A program made the translations under genes and the position numbers. From an uncultured Nitrososphaerales archaeon (GTDB lineage Archaea; Thermoproteota; Nitrososphaeria; Nitrososphaerales; Nitrososphaeraceae): DNA of 14,917 nt. Shown one piece after another: positions 6,962 through 14,893 of this stretch. Within the stretch, counting starts at the first letter, position 1, and each line of letters begins with the position of its first letter. The stretch is taken from assembly GCA_963709405.1 (NCBI GenBank), contig CAVPXM010000084.1, positions 1 through 14,917 on the forward strand. Reading direction: 5' to 3'. Under the pieces are notes generated by a model. That model was not told where the DNA came from, ran no database searches, and worked only from the letters and a program-made list of their open reading frames with translations.

Positions 6962-8833
6962 TTAGAGACTAAGAAACACTGAATAGTCCCTCCTAAATGC
7001 TTCGGCTATAGTCCATATTGCGTAAACTGTAATAGGCAGATATAGGTCAAATTTGATCTTTATTTTTGGATTTGACTTTTCTAATATTGAGGCTTCCGGT
7101 CCGAAAAAGCCAAAGCTGCCATCGGGTCGTTGTTGCTGGGCGATAAAATCTAGGGCCTGCTTAAAGGATCTTCCCTTATTCAGATGTAGATAACACATTG
7201 TTTGCAATAATTGAAAACCCATTTTCAAATTATAGCTGTACAACGAGTGAAATAGATGGAAAACAATAGACGAATGTATATGAACCTTCAAATTTCGGTC
7301 AAATCGTATCTTCTTCGTACCAAACAAAGAAGTTGCAGCAACATATTTCGACAAATAATCCCAATCTTTACTAACGTATAATCCATTCAACTCATCTAAT
7401 CTCTCAGGCATCTCTAAGTTCTTAGATCCAGGGATAGGCATGAGACCTATTTTATGCAGAAGAAAGCGGGATTGAAAAAGACTAATGTTTTCTTCTTCTG
7501 TTTTGGGGATGTGTGTCCGAATAGATTCATGAACAACCTTTGTGAAGTCCTCTAAAGTTTTGCTTCTTATATTTAGCGTTCGTAATATAGCCGTATCCAA
7601 AAGGGCAAGGTTTGCAACTGGATATGTTAACATCTTATTATTAGCAGATGCTGATTGCGTATCTATCTTCTCGCTTATTTCTTCAGCCAAAGCATACAGA
7701 TTTGGTAAACTTCGTGTTTCAAAAGCATCGGAATAGATCCACTCTCCTAACAAAATATACAAAAGTGATGGAAAATCATATTCGACTTGATCTAAACTTT
7801 TATACAGCTCTCCTAACCACAGGTGAGCTCTTTTGCAGACCAATCTTGCTCCACTTAGCGAGACTTTACTTTTGGCTGGAAGATAATGGATATTTCTGCA
7901 GCCGTAGATAGGATTACGGTCAATCGTAAGAAGACATGCTATTGCAGTTATTATTGTTGCATGATAATTTTGAGTAAAATTCTTATTCCAAGATTTCGAT
8001 TTCATCTCCAATTTTTCACTGCGTAATAACCCTGGTATTGATCCATCGGCCCTTTGAACATTCAGAAGATTATTCCATGCTACTTCATAAATAGGGTACT
8101 GATACCATTGTAAGCAGTGATAGCATAATAACAATTCAGCTAAAATATCCCAGTCCTGATCACGTAGATATAGACCAGTTAGTGCTGTAATAATCCAACG
8201 CACTTTTGGAAGTTGCTGAGCCGATATTTCCGTAAGTTTCCTAAAGCCAAAGTCGCTTAAATAAAATATAATATGCGTAATATCATATGCATCATTTAGA
8301 TTCAATGATAAAATAGCAGGATCCTTAGCGAGTAAAGTTTTATGATATAATGATTGTAACGTTGGGAAAGGATGTCTGATATTAGCTTTGTTGAGAGCGT
8401 AACAAAGGTCCATCATTCCGAATGGTATACGTTCTCTTGAATTGACAGCTTCTTGATCAACTGCTGCCACGATAGCATTCCTGAATTCTTGAAGTTTAAG
8501 ACCGCATTCGTAAAGCGACTTGTAAATGAATGCGTAAAAGGTTAACGATTCTGGCATTCGCGCCAGGCCATCCAAATAACCTACTCTTCGAAGTTGCTCG
8601 GTTGTAAAAAAGATTATTTTATTAATTCGGTCATCGTATCTGTTGTTGAGTTTTCTTTTATAGAGGCTACATAGCACATTCATTTCTGACAGTACTTTTA
8701 AACCAAATTGACAATCTAAAGCGTCCAAAGACAAATTGAATTCGTAGATGTTTTCACATATCCAGTCAAGGCATTTATCAAAAGCCTCGCTTCTCCTTTG
8801 GGTAAGGTTATACATCTCCATTTTTCCTGGCAA
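6962..8833 (-). CDS. Two-module DUF6895-like alpha/alpha-toroid protein (prenyltransferase/terpene-cyclase-like repeats), 623 aa
   Basis: Module 1: KVLSE, RERIPFGMMD, AYDITHIIFYLSDFG, WDILAELL, LLNVQRADGSIPG, NYHATII. Module 2 repeats the layout in diverged form: AATSLFG, YNLKMGFQLL, FIAQQQRPDGSFG, LYLPITVYAIW. QxxDGS motifs are QW-like repeats. Start may be TTG 8833 or ATG 8821/8815. Confidence 0.8.
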   Translation of the reverse strand: MPGKMEMYNLTQRRSEAFDKCLDWICENIYEFNLSLDALDCQFGLKVLSEMNVLCSLYKRKLNNRYDDRINKIIFFTTEQLRRVGYLDGLARMPESLTFYAFIYKSLYECGLKLQEFRNAIVAAVDQEAVNSRERIPFGMMDLCYALNKANIRHPFPTLQSLYHKTLLAKDPAILSLNLNDAYDITHIIFYLSDFGFRKLTEISAQQLPKVRWIITALTGLYLRDQDWDILAELLLCYHCLQWYQYPIYEVAWNNLLNVQRADGSIPGLLRSEKLEMKSKSWNKNFTQNYHATIITAIACLLTIDRNPIYGCRNIHYLPAKSKVSLSGARLVCKRAHLWLGELYKSLDQVEYDFPSLLYILLGEWIYSDAFETRSLPNLYALAEEISEKIDTQSASANNKMLTYPVANLALLDTAILRTLNIRSKTLEDFTKVVHESIRTHIPKTEEENISLFQSRFLLHKIGLMPIPGSKNLEMPERLDELNGLYVSKDWDYLSKYVAATSLFGTKKIRFDRNLKVHIHSSIVFHLFHSLYSYNLKMGFQLLQTMCYLHLNKGRSFKQALDFIAQQQRPDGSFGFFGPEASILEKSNPKIKIKFDLYLPITVYAIWTIAEAFRRDYSVFLSL

Positions 8834-8859
8834 GATTGAGGATCAGATAATTTACACAA

Positions 8860-8867
8860 TATATAAA
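8860..8867 (-). promoter_or_regulatory. Archaeal TATA box upstream of the DUF6895-like gene
   Basis: Minus strand TTTATATA ends 26 nt before the TTG at 8833, the spacing expected for a leaderless or short-leader archaeal transcript. Confidence 0.55.
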
Positions 8868-9150
8868 CAAAAGTAATAAGAAAAATATTCATTCGAAGAC
8901 TTTCTTGTTTTGATATTCTAATATTTCAAAACTATTTGTATCAGGACACGAACCTCCGATTCTCTAAGGAATGAATCTCGAGACTGGAAGATGAATGCCA
9001 GACGGTGTTTCTGATATGATACATACTATTATCTTGGTCTCTTCAATCTCATTATGCGAACTTCGGACAATAAGGAACAAATCAAGGATCCCACTCACCA
9101 GCTGAAGTTCAGGATGGTGGACTTGCGCGTAGAAATAGAATGATTCAAAG

Positions 9151-9817
9151 GGCTCTGTAAAGTTAAGGAAAAATCTATAGCTTTGTTATCGTCGATATTT
9201 TTATGATGTGTTTCAGATAAGAATGAAGAATGAAGACATGAGATATGATGATTTAGTTTCAAGAACTTACAGGCTTGTAGAAATACTTCCAAGGCTTATC
9301 CAGATTTGTTGAAACTGAATGTCATACTGCCATAGATTCTATTCAAAATTATGATAACAGAGATGTGTATTGCAACAAGACAATATATTCTGAATTCATA
9401 CTTGATGAAACTAAATCAAGTTGGTTCCGAACCTATTTGCTTTCAGGCTCTAATAATGTAACCCAGAGGTCCTAAATTAGCATATCAAAAGAACGAAACT
9501 ATGTTTGTTGCAGAATTTTATATGAAATCTTGTAAAAGATATGGAGAACATCTATCATGTTTCAACCTCTGATGGATGGTACTTGGTATCCACAGGCTCT
9601 TGTAGCAGTTCTTGAGACTGCATCATCACATTCATTCTGCATATGAGAAAAGTATCATAGAAAGGACGATTGACAATAATGATGCAACGAATAGGACTGA
9701 ATGTTTCGATGATTATTTTCCATGTAGAAAGAATAACTGAAATTGCAGCATATAAAAAATGGTTAGATATTTGAATATCACTATAACAAGGAGTTGTTAT
9801 CTTAACTTTACAGAGCC
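9151..9817 (+). mobile_element. Non-autonomous, rearranged IS6-family element (667 bp)
   Basis: Perfect 17-bp TIR GGCTCTGTAAAGTTAAG (9151-9167) / CTTAACTTTACAGAGCC (9801-9817); 8-bp TSD ATTCAAAG at 9143-9150 and 9818-9825. GG termini and 8-bp duplication fit IS6. Confidence 0.92.
9270..9800 (+). pseudogene. Multiply frameshifted IS6-family DDE transposase
   Basis: Fragments across frames: RNTSKA, SRFV, EFILDET, VGSE, SISKERN, MFVAE, YGEH, GTWYPQA, HHHIHSAYEKSIIERTI, RTECFDDYFPCRK, HYNKE. Confidence 0.88.
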
Positions 9818-10257
9818 ATTCAAAGTACTGGAACCTTTATATGCAAGATGGGAGTGGTAATTTGTATGCATTCCAATAAGGAAAACCTAACCAGCCTGTA
9901 TAGTTATCTGCAAGACGACATCATCACCTTGAAGTCCAGTCTGGCGCCAGTAAACAAAACAACCCGCAGGATGAGGCCAGCTAATTATAACGCAATATAT
10001 AGACCTTTCAGACACTAGTTAAATCATAGTTGCCCTCGATGTCCCTTATCATTGCCTGGGCATTTCTTACATGCCCAAGGTTCTCATCATCTTTGCCCTA
10101 GTAGTCACAACTTTCGGTTTTAGAAGGTCATAAAACTATATAACTTGACAACGAAGTTGCGCTAATTCTATAAATAAAAAAAGATATGTATAAAATTATT
10201 AACTTGGGTCATTCATCGTATTAAAGCTATCTACCATGTAGATTATATACTAAACAT

Positions 10258-10264
10258 AAAAAAA
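10258..10264 (-). terminator. Oligo-T (T7) archaeal-type terminator candidate after the SnoaL-like gene
   Basis: A7 on the plus strand gives TTTTTTT on the coding strand, 15 nt past the stop codon. Confidence 0.4.
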
Positions 10265-10279
10265 GATGTAATGTGGGTT

Positions 10280-10714
10280 TTATTTCTTAGACTGCTCTGG
10301 TTGTACCATCTTAACAATACCAAGCCCTAATGACGGTGCAAGCGCATCAAATATAGTCCACGCTTCCTTGATTTTGTTATTTTCAAAATGAAAAATATCG
10401 ACGCCGTGAGCTTCAAACTTCTTATGACTGGCCGGTAAGCCAGCAAAGTCCCCTTCGTGAGTGGCTTTCAAGGTCCACCTAACAGCAACATTGCTTCCTT
10501 CTGCTATGTCTTCTACTATTGTGACCTGCATATCAGGAAATGACTTGCGCTCTTCGATTATCCACTTTTTAAAATCTTCCAGACCTCTAACGTCTTCTAA
10601 CCCATGATAGACTACATCAGGAGTAACAAAGTTTTTTGCCTCGTCTACTTTTCCTTCAGTAAATAGTTCTTGAATAAATCTATGAGCAATCGCCTTGTTT
10701 TGTTCATTCGCCAT
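10280..10714 (-). CDS. SnoaL-like ester/polyketide cyclase (NTF2-like fold)
   Basis: NKAIAHRFIQELF, SFPDMQVTIVEDIAEGSNVAVRWTLKATHEGDFAGLPASHKKF, GVDIFHFENNKIKEAWTIFD are the family signature segments; 144 aa. Confidence 0.93.
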   Translation of the reverse strand: MANEQNKAIAHRFIQELFTEGKVDEAKNFVTPDVVYHGLEDVRGLEDFKKWIIEERKSFPDMQVTIVEDIAEGSNVAVRWTLKATHEGDFAGLPASHKKFEAHGVDIFHFENNKIKEAWTIFDALAPSLGLGIVKMVQPEQSKK

Positions 10715-10738
10715 GTAGCTATACGATTGTAGGTTAGC

Positions 10739-10751
10739 ATTAAAGTTTGCT
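10739..10751 (-). promoter_or_regulatory. BRE/TATA promoter candidate for the SnoaL-like gene
   Basis: Minus strand AGCAAACTTTAAT; the TATA-like element ends 24 nt before the ATG at 10714, consistent with a leaderless mRNA. Confidence 0.5.
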
Positions 10752-10929
10752 ATTCATTTATTGAAATATCCAACTCAACTTAAACAAATTTTCAAAAAAT
10801 CTATTACTTATTGATAGTACAAAAGACTAACCGACTTACACTTATACTTGGTATGACCTGACTTCAAGGCGAGTTTTATAATTTCGAAATTGCTTCCATT
10901 TGAGTTTCTGAAATTCTTCATCGGTTTGT

Positions 10930-11139
10930 TTGAGATCAGTGAACTCACGCTACCAGATACCTAGCATCGCTACGACATTGATGGAAAATATGATAAGTCA
11001 CTCAACTGAGTATACTACAGATTTGATCAAATGGATAAACATACAAAATCAGCTTATGGCAAAGGCTATAGAAGTTTTAAAGGATTATGTAAAAAAGCTA
11101 CCATTCAGCAATTGTAATGATGGCGAAATATTATTCTAA
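10930..11139 (+). pseudogene. Fragment of an amphipathic helical protein (possibly phasin-like)
   Basis: HSTEYTTDLIKWINIQNQLMAKAIEVLKDYVK has a continuous amphipathic helix pattern; weak TTG start and an unrelated-looking tail suggest an internal remnant. Confidence 0.35.
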
Positions 11140-11314
11140 TATAATAAAAGAAGGATCACTTTGTGATCTCAAGTATGATAGAGATCCAAGAATACCATTA
11201 TGAAATTCATTATATATAGATGGAAGGAGGCCTACTCCAGCCCGATCAATTGTCAATTACGAGGATTCTTGAATTAGATCCTGATGTATATTCTAAAACG
11301 GTAACAGAATATTT

Positions 11315-11655
11315 TCAAATACTTGAGATTAATTTACTCTTCATCCTTTGAAATTCTTCTTCTGTTATTAGACCTTGCTGCCTGAGACTACCTAATTTTT
11401 CGAGTTTATGAAGAGCATCATCCTTGTTCTCGTTAGGCCCTCTCGTCTGTGCCTGCACCGCTTGCAACTGGGCTGCTTGTGTGCCCGTTCGGCATCCTCT
11501 GCCTGTGCCTGTGCTTGCTGTAACTGTTCCTGTTGTTCTTGTTCTCTGGCCATTGATTTATAGTGATCCTTAGTCGCGTAGTGGGCCATCACACCACCTG
11601 CTATCAGTCCACCTGCTATCATCATGCCAAATACCATATAATCTTGCTCAGCCAA
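11315..11655 (-). pseudogene. Membrane-anchored Gln-rich SHOCT-domain protein, frameshifted at about 11478-11483
   Basis: N-terminal MVFGMMIAGGLIAGGVMAHY hydrophobic segment and Q/A-rich coil. Removing one CA from GCACACAA restores AQAAQLQAVQAQTRGPNENKDDALHKLEKLGSLRQQGLITEEEFQRMKSKLISSI* (SHOCT consensus LxxLxxLxxxGxIxEEEFxxxKxxL), with the stop at 11315-11317. Confidence 0.88.
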
Positions 11656-12280
11656 AGATCCTTTTTAATATTACGGAAATCGCCAATAAATAAACAACCA
11701 TATTCTGGTATTGTAAACCAGCTAATGGCTGAGTACTTGAAAGAATACATAAAATGGATCTAAAAGAGACCGAAGGAGGGTTGTTAGGAATTGATGCAAT
11801 GGAGTCACTGCTAAAGCTTAGAATGCTAGTGATCCTAGTAGCCTAATCTTCTTTATCATTAAGTTAGACACAGATGGATTTTTAAAAGATCAACTTGAAA
11901 ATAACAAAATCAGCGAAGCATGTTGCCCCATTTCACGGTCATGAGCACCGTTGAGCCTTTGCCGTACTTCCCCATAGTCTTTAGCAACATTCGCATTCTA
12001 TTTAAAGGTCATTCTCAAAATAGGGTAAACGATACCTTATATCATCTTATATTGCATGAGACATACACTCGTCGGCTTGGAATTCTATTGGAACATTCTT
12101 TACCTTATGTCTAGTCAATGTCATTACAATTCTTTCAATATAGTTCAAGTTTCGAATTATAAGAATATAGCAGTTAGTTGGAAAAACATTGTAGATTTTG
12201 AAAGTTAAAAACTATGGCAATTGTATGATTGATATCATATGCAGTAACAAGATGACAAATACTTATATGGATCACAGTTC

Positions 12281-12550
12281 TAACTCCTAGATTTTTTTAC
12301 TGGATAGAGGGCCAGATAAGGATCTGATGTCCAACGATCGAGATTTATCGACAGCAATCCACCAAAAAAACATTTTATAAAGCTCATCATTCATCTCCTT
12401 CACTAACTTTATTCCAATTGGTGCTTTTCGATTCTTTACTGCTTCATTCGTATCATATCTTATCCTATTATCATTATCATATTCTTTTAAAATTCCAGCT
12501 TCAAGAAGCGGTATTATGCTCTCCTCAAGAGTATCAAAGCTTGTAAACCA
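12281..12550 (-). pseudogene. Start-less open frame, possible winged-helix-like gene remnant
   Basis: Reads WFTSFDTLEESIIPLLEAGILKEYDNDNRIRYDTNEAVK...; the LxExGxL...Y pattern resembles a wHTH wing. Preceded by an in-frame TAA. Confidence 0.3.
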
Positions 12551-12744
12551 TTATAGGAACGGAAAAAGCCACCCACAGCTTGCAAATAGCTTTGGTATAA
12601 CAAAAAGTACGTAGGTCGGCGTTTGCAATACAGAAACAATATCAAACAAGAAGAAAACTGAGTAAAGAAGATTTCTATGATACAATAGTTCCCTATCTTT
12701 ATGATGTCTTTAAGTTAAGAGGGCCTATGTGGTATAGTATAGTT

Positions 12745-13116
12745 TTAACTTGTTATTTCATTTATTATTTTTATCAGCTCTTCGTTTTGGATTGGTATTT
12801 GAATAAATTGATTTGTCTTTAGATCACTAGGTTCATCTATACATGATCCACAGTTAAATTGACTGGATGTTAGAAAGCAAACCTGAACTTTATTATCTAT
12901 CTTTTTGATTTCTTTATATAATTCAAAGCCACTCATTTTTTTCATTTTGATTTCAAGTATTAAAACATCGTACAAATCCTCTCTAAAATCCTCCAATGCC
13001 AAAAGAGGATCATCAAAGGTATGAACTACAAATCCGTCGCCTTCCAAGACATTCGCTAATGTTATACAAATATCAGATTCATCATCTATAACCAAAATCC
13101 TCTTCGTTTTACGCAT
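12745..13116 (-). CDS. Stand-alone response-regulator receiver (CheY-like), atypical active site
   Basis: RILVIDDE, YDVLILEIKM..MSGFELY, VCFLTS, FIQIP. The phosphoacceptor position is Glu55 and the conserved Lys position is Ile107. GGAGG RBS-like site at about 13128-13132. Confidence 0.9.
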   Translation of the reverse strand: MRKTKRILVIDDESDICITLANVLEGDGFVVHTFDDPLLALEDFREDLYDVLILEIKMKKMSGFELYKEIKKIDNKVQVCFLTSSQFNCGSCIDEPSDLKTNQFIQIPIQNEELIKIINEITS

Positions 13117-13361
13117 AATTAAACCGCCTCCAAAGTTGAATAGATACCATCTTACCTTGATGAATCATGTATAAAAAAACTAGGATTTTTTTGTGTCATT
13201 GTTTTTGATAATTGACTTTGAGGGTACAGTGCAATTATATTATTGCAGTTTCAGATGAATTCCTATGTTTGTGTATGCATTTTAGAAGTTTGGGATTTTA
13301 TTTGGGATTATTTGCCTAAATAATCCTTATATAGATAGAAAAGCCAATTTTTATATATTTA

Positions 13362-13957
13362 TTGACAGGGAAATTCTCATCGACTAGTGAGGAGAAAGTG
13401 CTGACTACATCCGGAAGAAGGGAAAAAACTGAGAGTGTTACCTTTAGAATTGAGTCTAAAGCATTAAAGAACTTGCGGCGTGAAGCTAAACAAAAAGATA
13501 TCAGCACCAATACGTTGGTAAATAAATTAGTAAAAGATCATATAAATTGGCATTCTAACGTAGACGAGCTGGTTTTATATCTGTTAGAAGACCATTTGTT
13601 TCAAAGGTCATAAAATATCTACCTGAACAAGAAATTATTTCTCTAGCAGAATACGTGGCAAAGACAACAAATAAGGATTCTTTACTACTTATGAAAAATG
13701 AATATACCACGAAATCAGCTCTAGATTTTTTAGAATCATGGATAAAGATATCTGACTATCCATACAGACATGAAGAGACGAATAATGATCAGAACAAGCA
13801 CTCATTTGTCATACAACATGATATGGGAATGAAAGTATCTATATATTTGGCTAGTTTATTTCAATTCCTATTTGACGAATTAGGACATTACAAGAGAATA
13901 GAATTTGATAAAACTGAAAACACATTAGCGTTTTCAATCGATGTTGGAACTAGCTAG
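13362..13957 (+). pseudogene. Ribbon-helix-helix-domain protein split by a 1-nt frameshift at about 13559-13570
   Basis: SVTFRIESKALKNLRREAKQKDISTNTLVNKLVKDHINW is an RHH pattern. The -1 frame is open from 13559 (RAGFISVRRPFVSKVIKYLPEQEIISLAEYVAK...) and runs into ORF 13655-13957 (VIQHDMGMKVSIYLA), so the two listed ORFs are one gene. Confidence 0.85.
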
Positions 13958-14016
13958 AAGAATAATGATTTTTTTTACATAATTAGTTGTTGTACTTGCA
14001 CCGATAGGTTGCATTA

Positions 14017-14180
14017 TTACGTACCTACATGGGTTACACTTTGTTGCTTCGTTCTTGTACGTATGGTGGATGAAATTAATCTTTGTAGAAACACCTCTGA
14101 TGGAGTAAGACCATTTATGCCTCCCTGTTCTCTAGATTCATTGTACGCTTTTATAAACATGTCATATCTTAGCTTAGACA
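14017..14180 (-). mobile_element. 3' remnant of an integrase-core (IS481-like) transposase
   Basis: KLRYDMFIKAYNESREQGGINGLTPSEVF...SVTHVGT* matches the YNxxRxHxxLxxxTP tail of rve-type transposases; a V-T-x-V ending is the usual read-through into an IS481 TIR. Confidence 0.65.
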
Positions 14181-14188
14181 CAGAAACA

Positions 14189-14444
14189 AATGTTTCAGCT
14201 AACGACGAGTAAGAATACCTTTGAATAACTTATCTCTTATACCATATTTTCTCATATTATGAATAAACTGGAACGTCTTCTTATATGACTGCAGATTGTG
14301 TTTGCTGACACCCATGAATTTTCTGATCCATATCTTGTACGAACATCATAATATGTCATTCCTCCTCTTTGATGTATACATGTGATCATTGGATGTCCCC
14401 TTTCATAAGTACCTCTACGTCATGGTGATCTTCCAGAATTCAGT
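14189..14444 (-). mobile_element. Degenerate, internally deleted second copy of the IS1595 element
   Basis: Aligns by eye to 3595-3740, 3934-4016 and 4041-4066 in the same orientation, with scattered substitutions. It lacks the outer TIR tip, about 193 bp and 24 bp of internal sequence, and the transposase 5' half. Confidence 0.93.
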
Positions 14445-14470
14445 GCTGCTTTTTGCTGTGGTCTTAGGTC

Positions 14471-14893
14471 TTACTCTATAGACCTTATCATTACCATACA
14501 AGACGAAACGTGCCGATAATCCCGGGAATACAGTCGTATCAAGTGATTGATAGTTATTATATGATTCTTTAAGCAATTTGGTGAAATGGTTTTATTGTTT
14601 TGCTTTAGATTTAATATGTATTTACCAAGTATATCATTGACATCTATCATATTTTTCTTGACTTGAATAACAATACTATCAACACTTGAATTGTCATAAT
14701 GAGTGGATACCAACAATCCAAATTTCTTCAATCTTTCATTGTATTTTATTGCAGTCGATTCATTGACTGCAGCTATACTTGTTAAGTATGTGGATACCCC
14801 TTCATTGTCATTAGAAAGTGGGTGTTTTTTGGCTATCGAAGTGATGTTAATTTGATTTGTTCTTGAGTTTGTTTTTGATGATGAAAGTTTCAA
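14471..14893 (-). pseudogene. N-terminal (core-binding/SAM-like) part of a tyrosine recombinase/integrase, truncated
   Basis: VSTYLTSIAAVNESTAIKYNERLKKF...DILGKYILNLKQ...ISPNCLKNHIITINHLI follows the integrase N-domain helix pattern (STxxxYxxxLxxF...SxxTxxxxxxxxxxF). No catalytic R-H-R-Y domain follows; the frame ends next to the IS1595 remnant. Confidence 0.65.

Noticed and set aside
7542-7911. Plus-strand ORFs 7542-7736 and 7648-7911
   Set aside because: Shadows of the 623-aa gene.
6962-8833. Squalene-hopene cyclase or LanC/LanM call
   Set aside because: No DxDD motif and too few QW repeats for SHC; no WCxG/CHG zinc motifs for LanC.
9095-9292. 65-aa ORF as a real gene or precursor peptide for the toroid enzyme
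   Set aside because: It is a chimera of the inverted IS6 3' fragment, the TIR and flanking DNA.
8940-9990. A gene interrupted by the IS6 insertion
   Set aside because: Rejoining the flanks at the TSD gives only short protein-like stretches with stops in the frames I tried; no family could be assigned.
10055-10080. Hairpin TGGGCAT-N7-ATGCCCA
   Set aside because: Short stem, no U-tract, not adjacent to a gene end; compatible with chance.
11563-14212. ORFs 11563-11763, 11920-12114, 13316-13510 and 14009-14212
   Set aside because: Antisense overlaps of better-supported features or motif-free short frames.
3580-14444. Composite transposon bounded by the two same-orientation IS1595 copies
   Set aside because: The intact copy carries its own 8-bp TSD on both sides, so it inserted alone; the second copy is older and lacks the required outer end.
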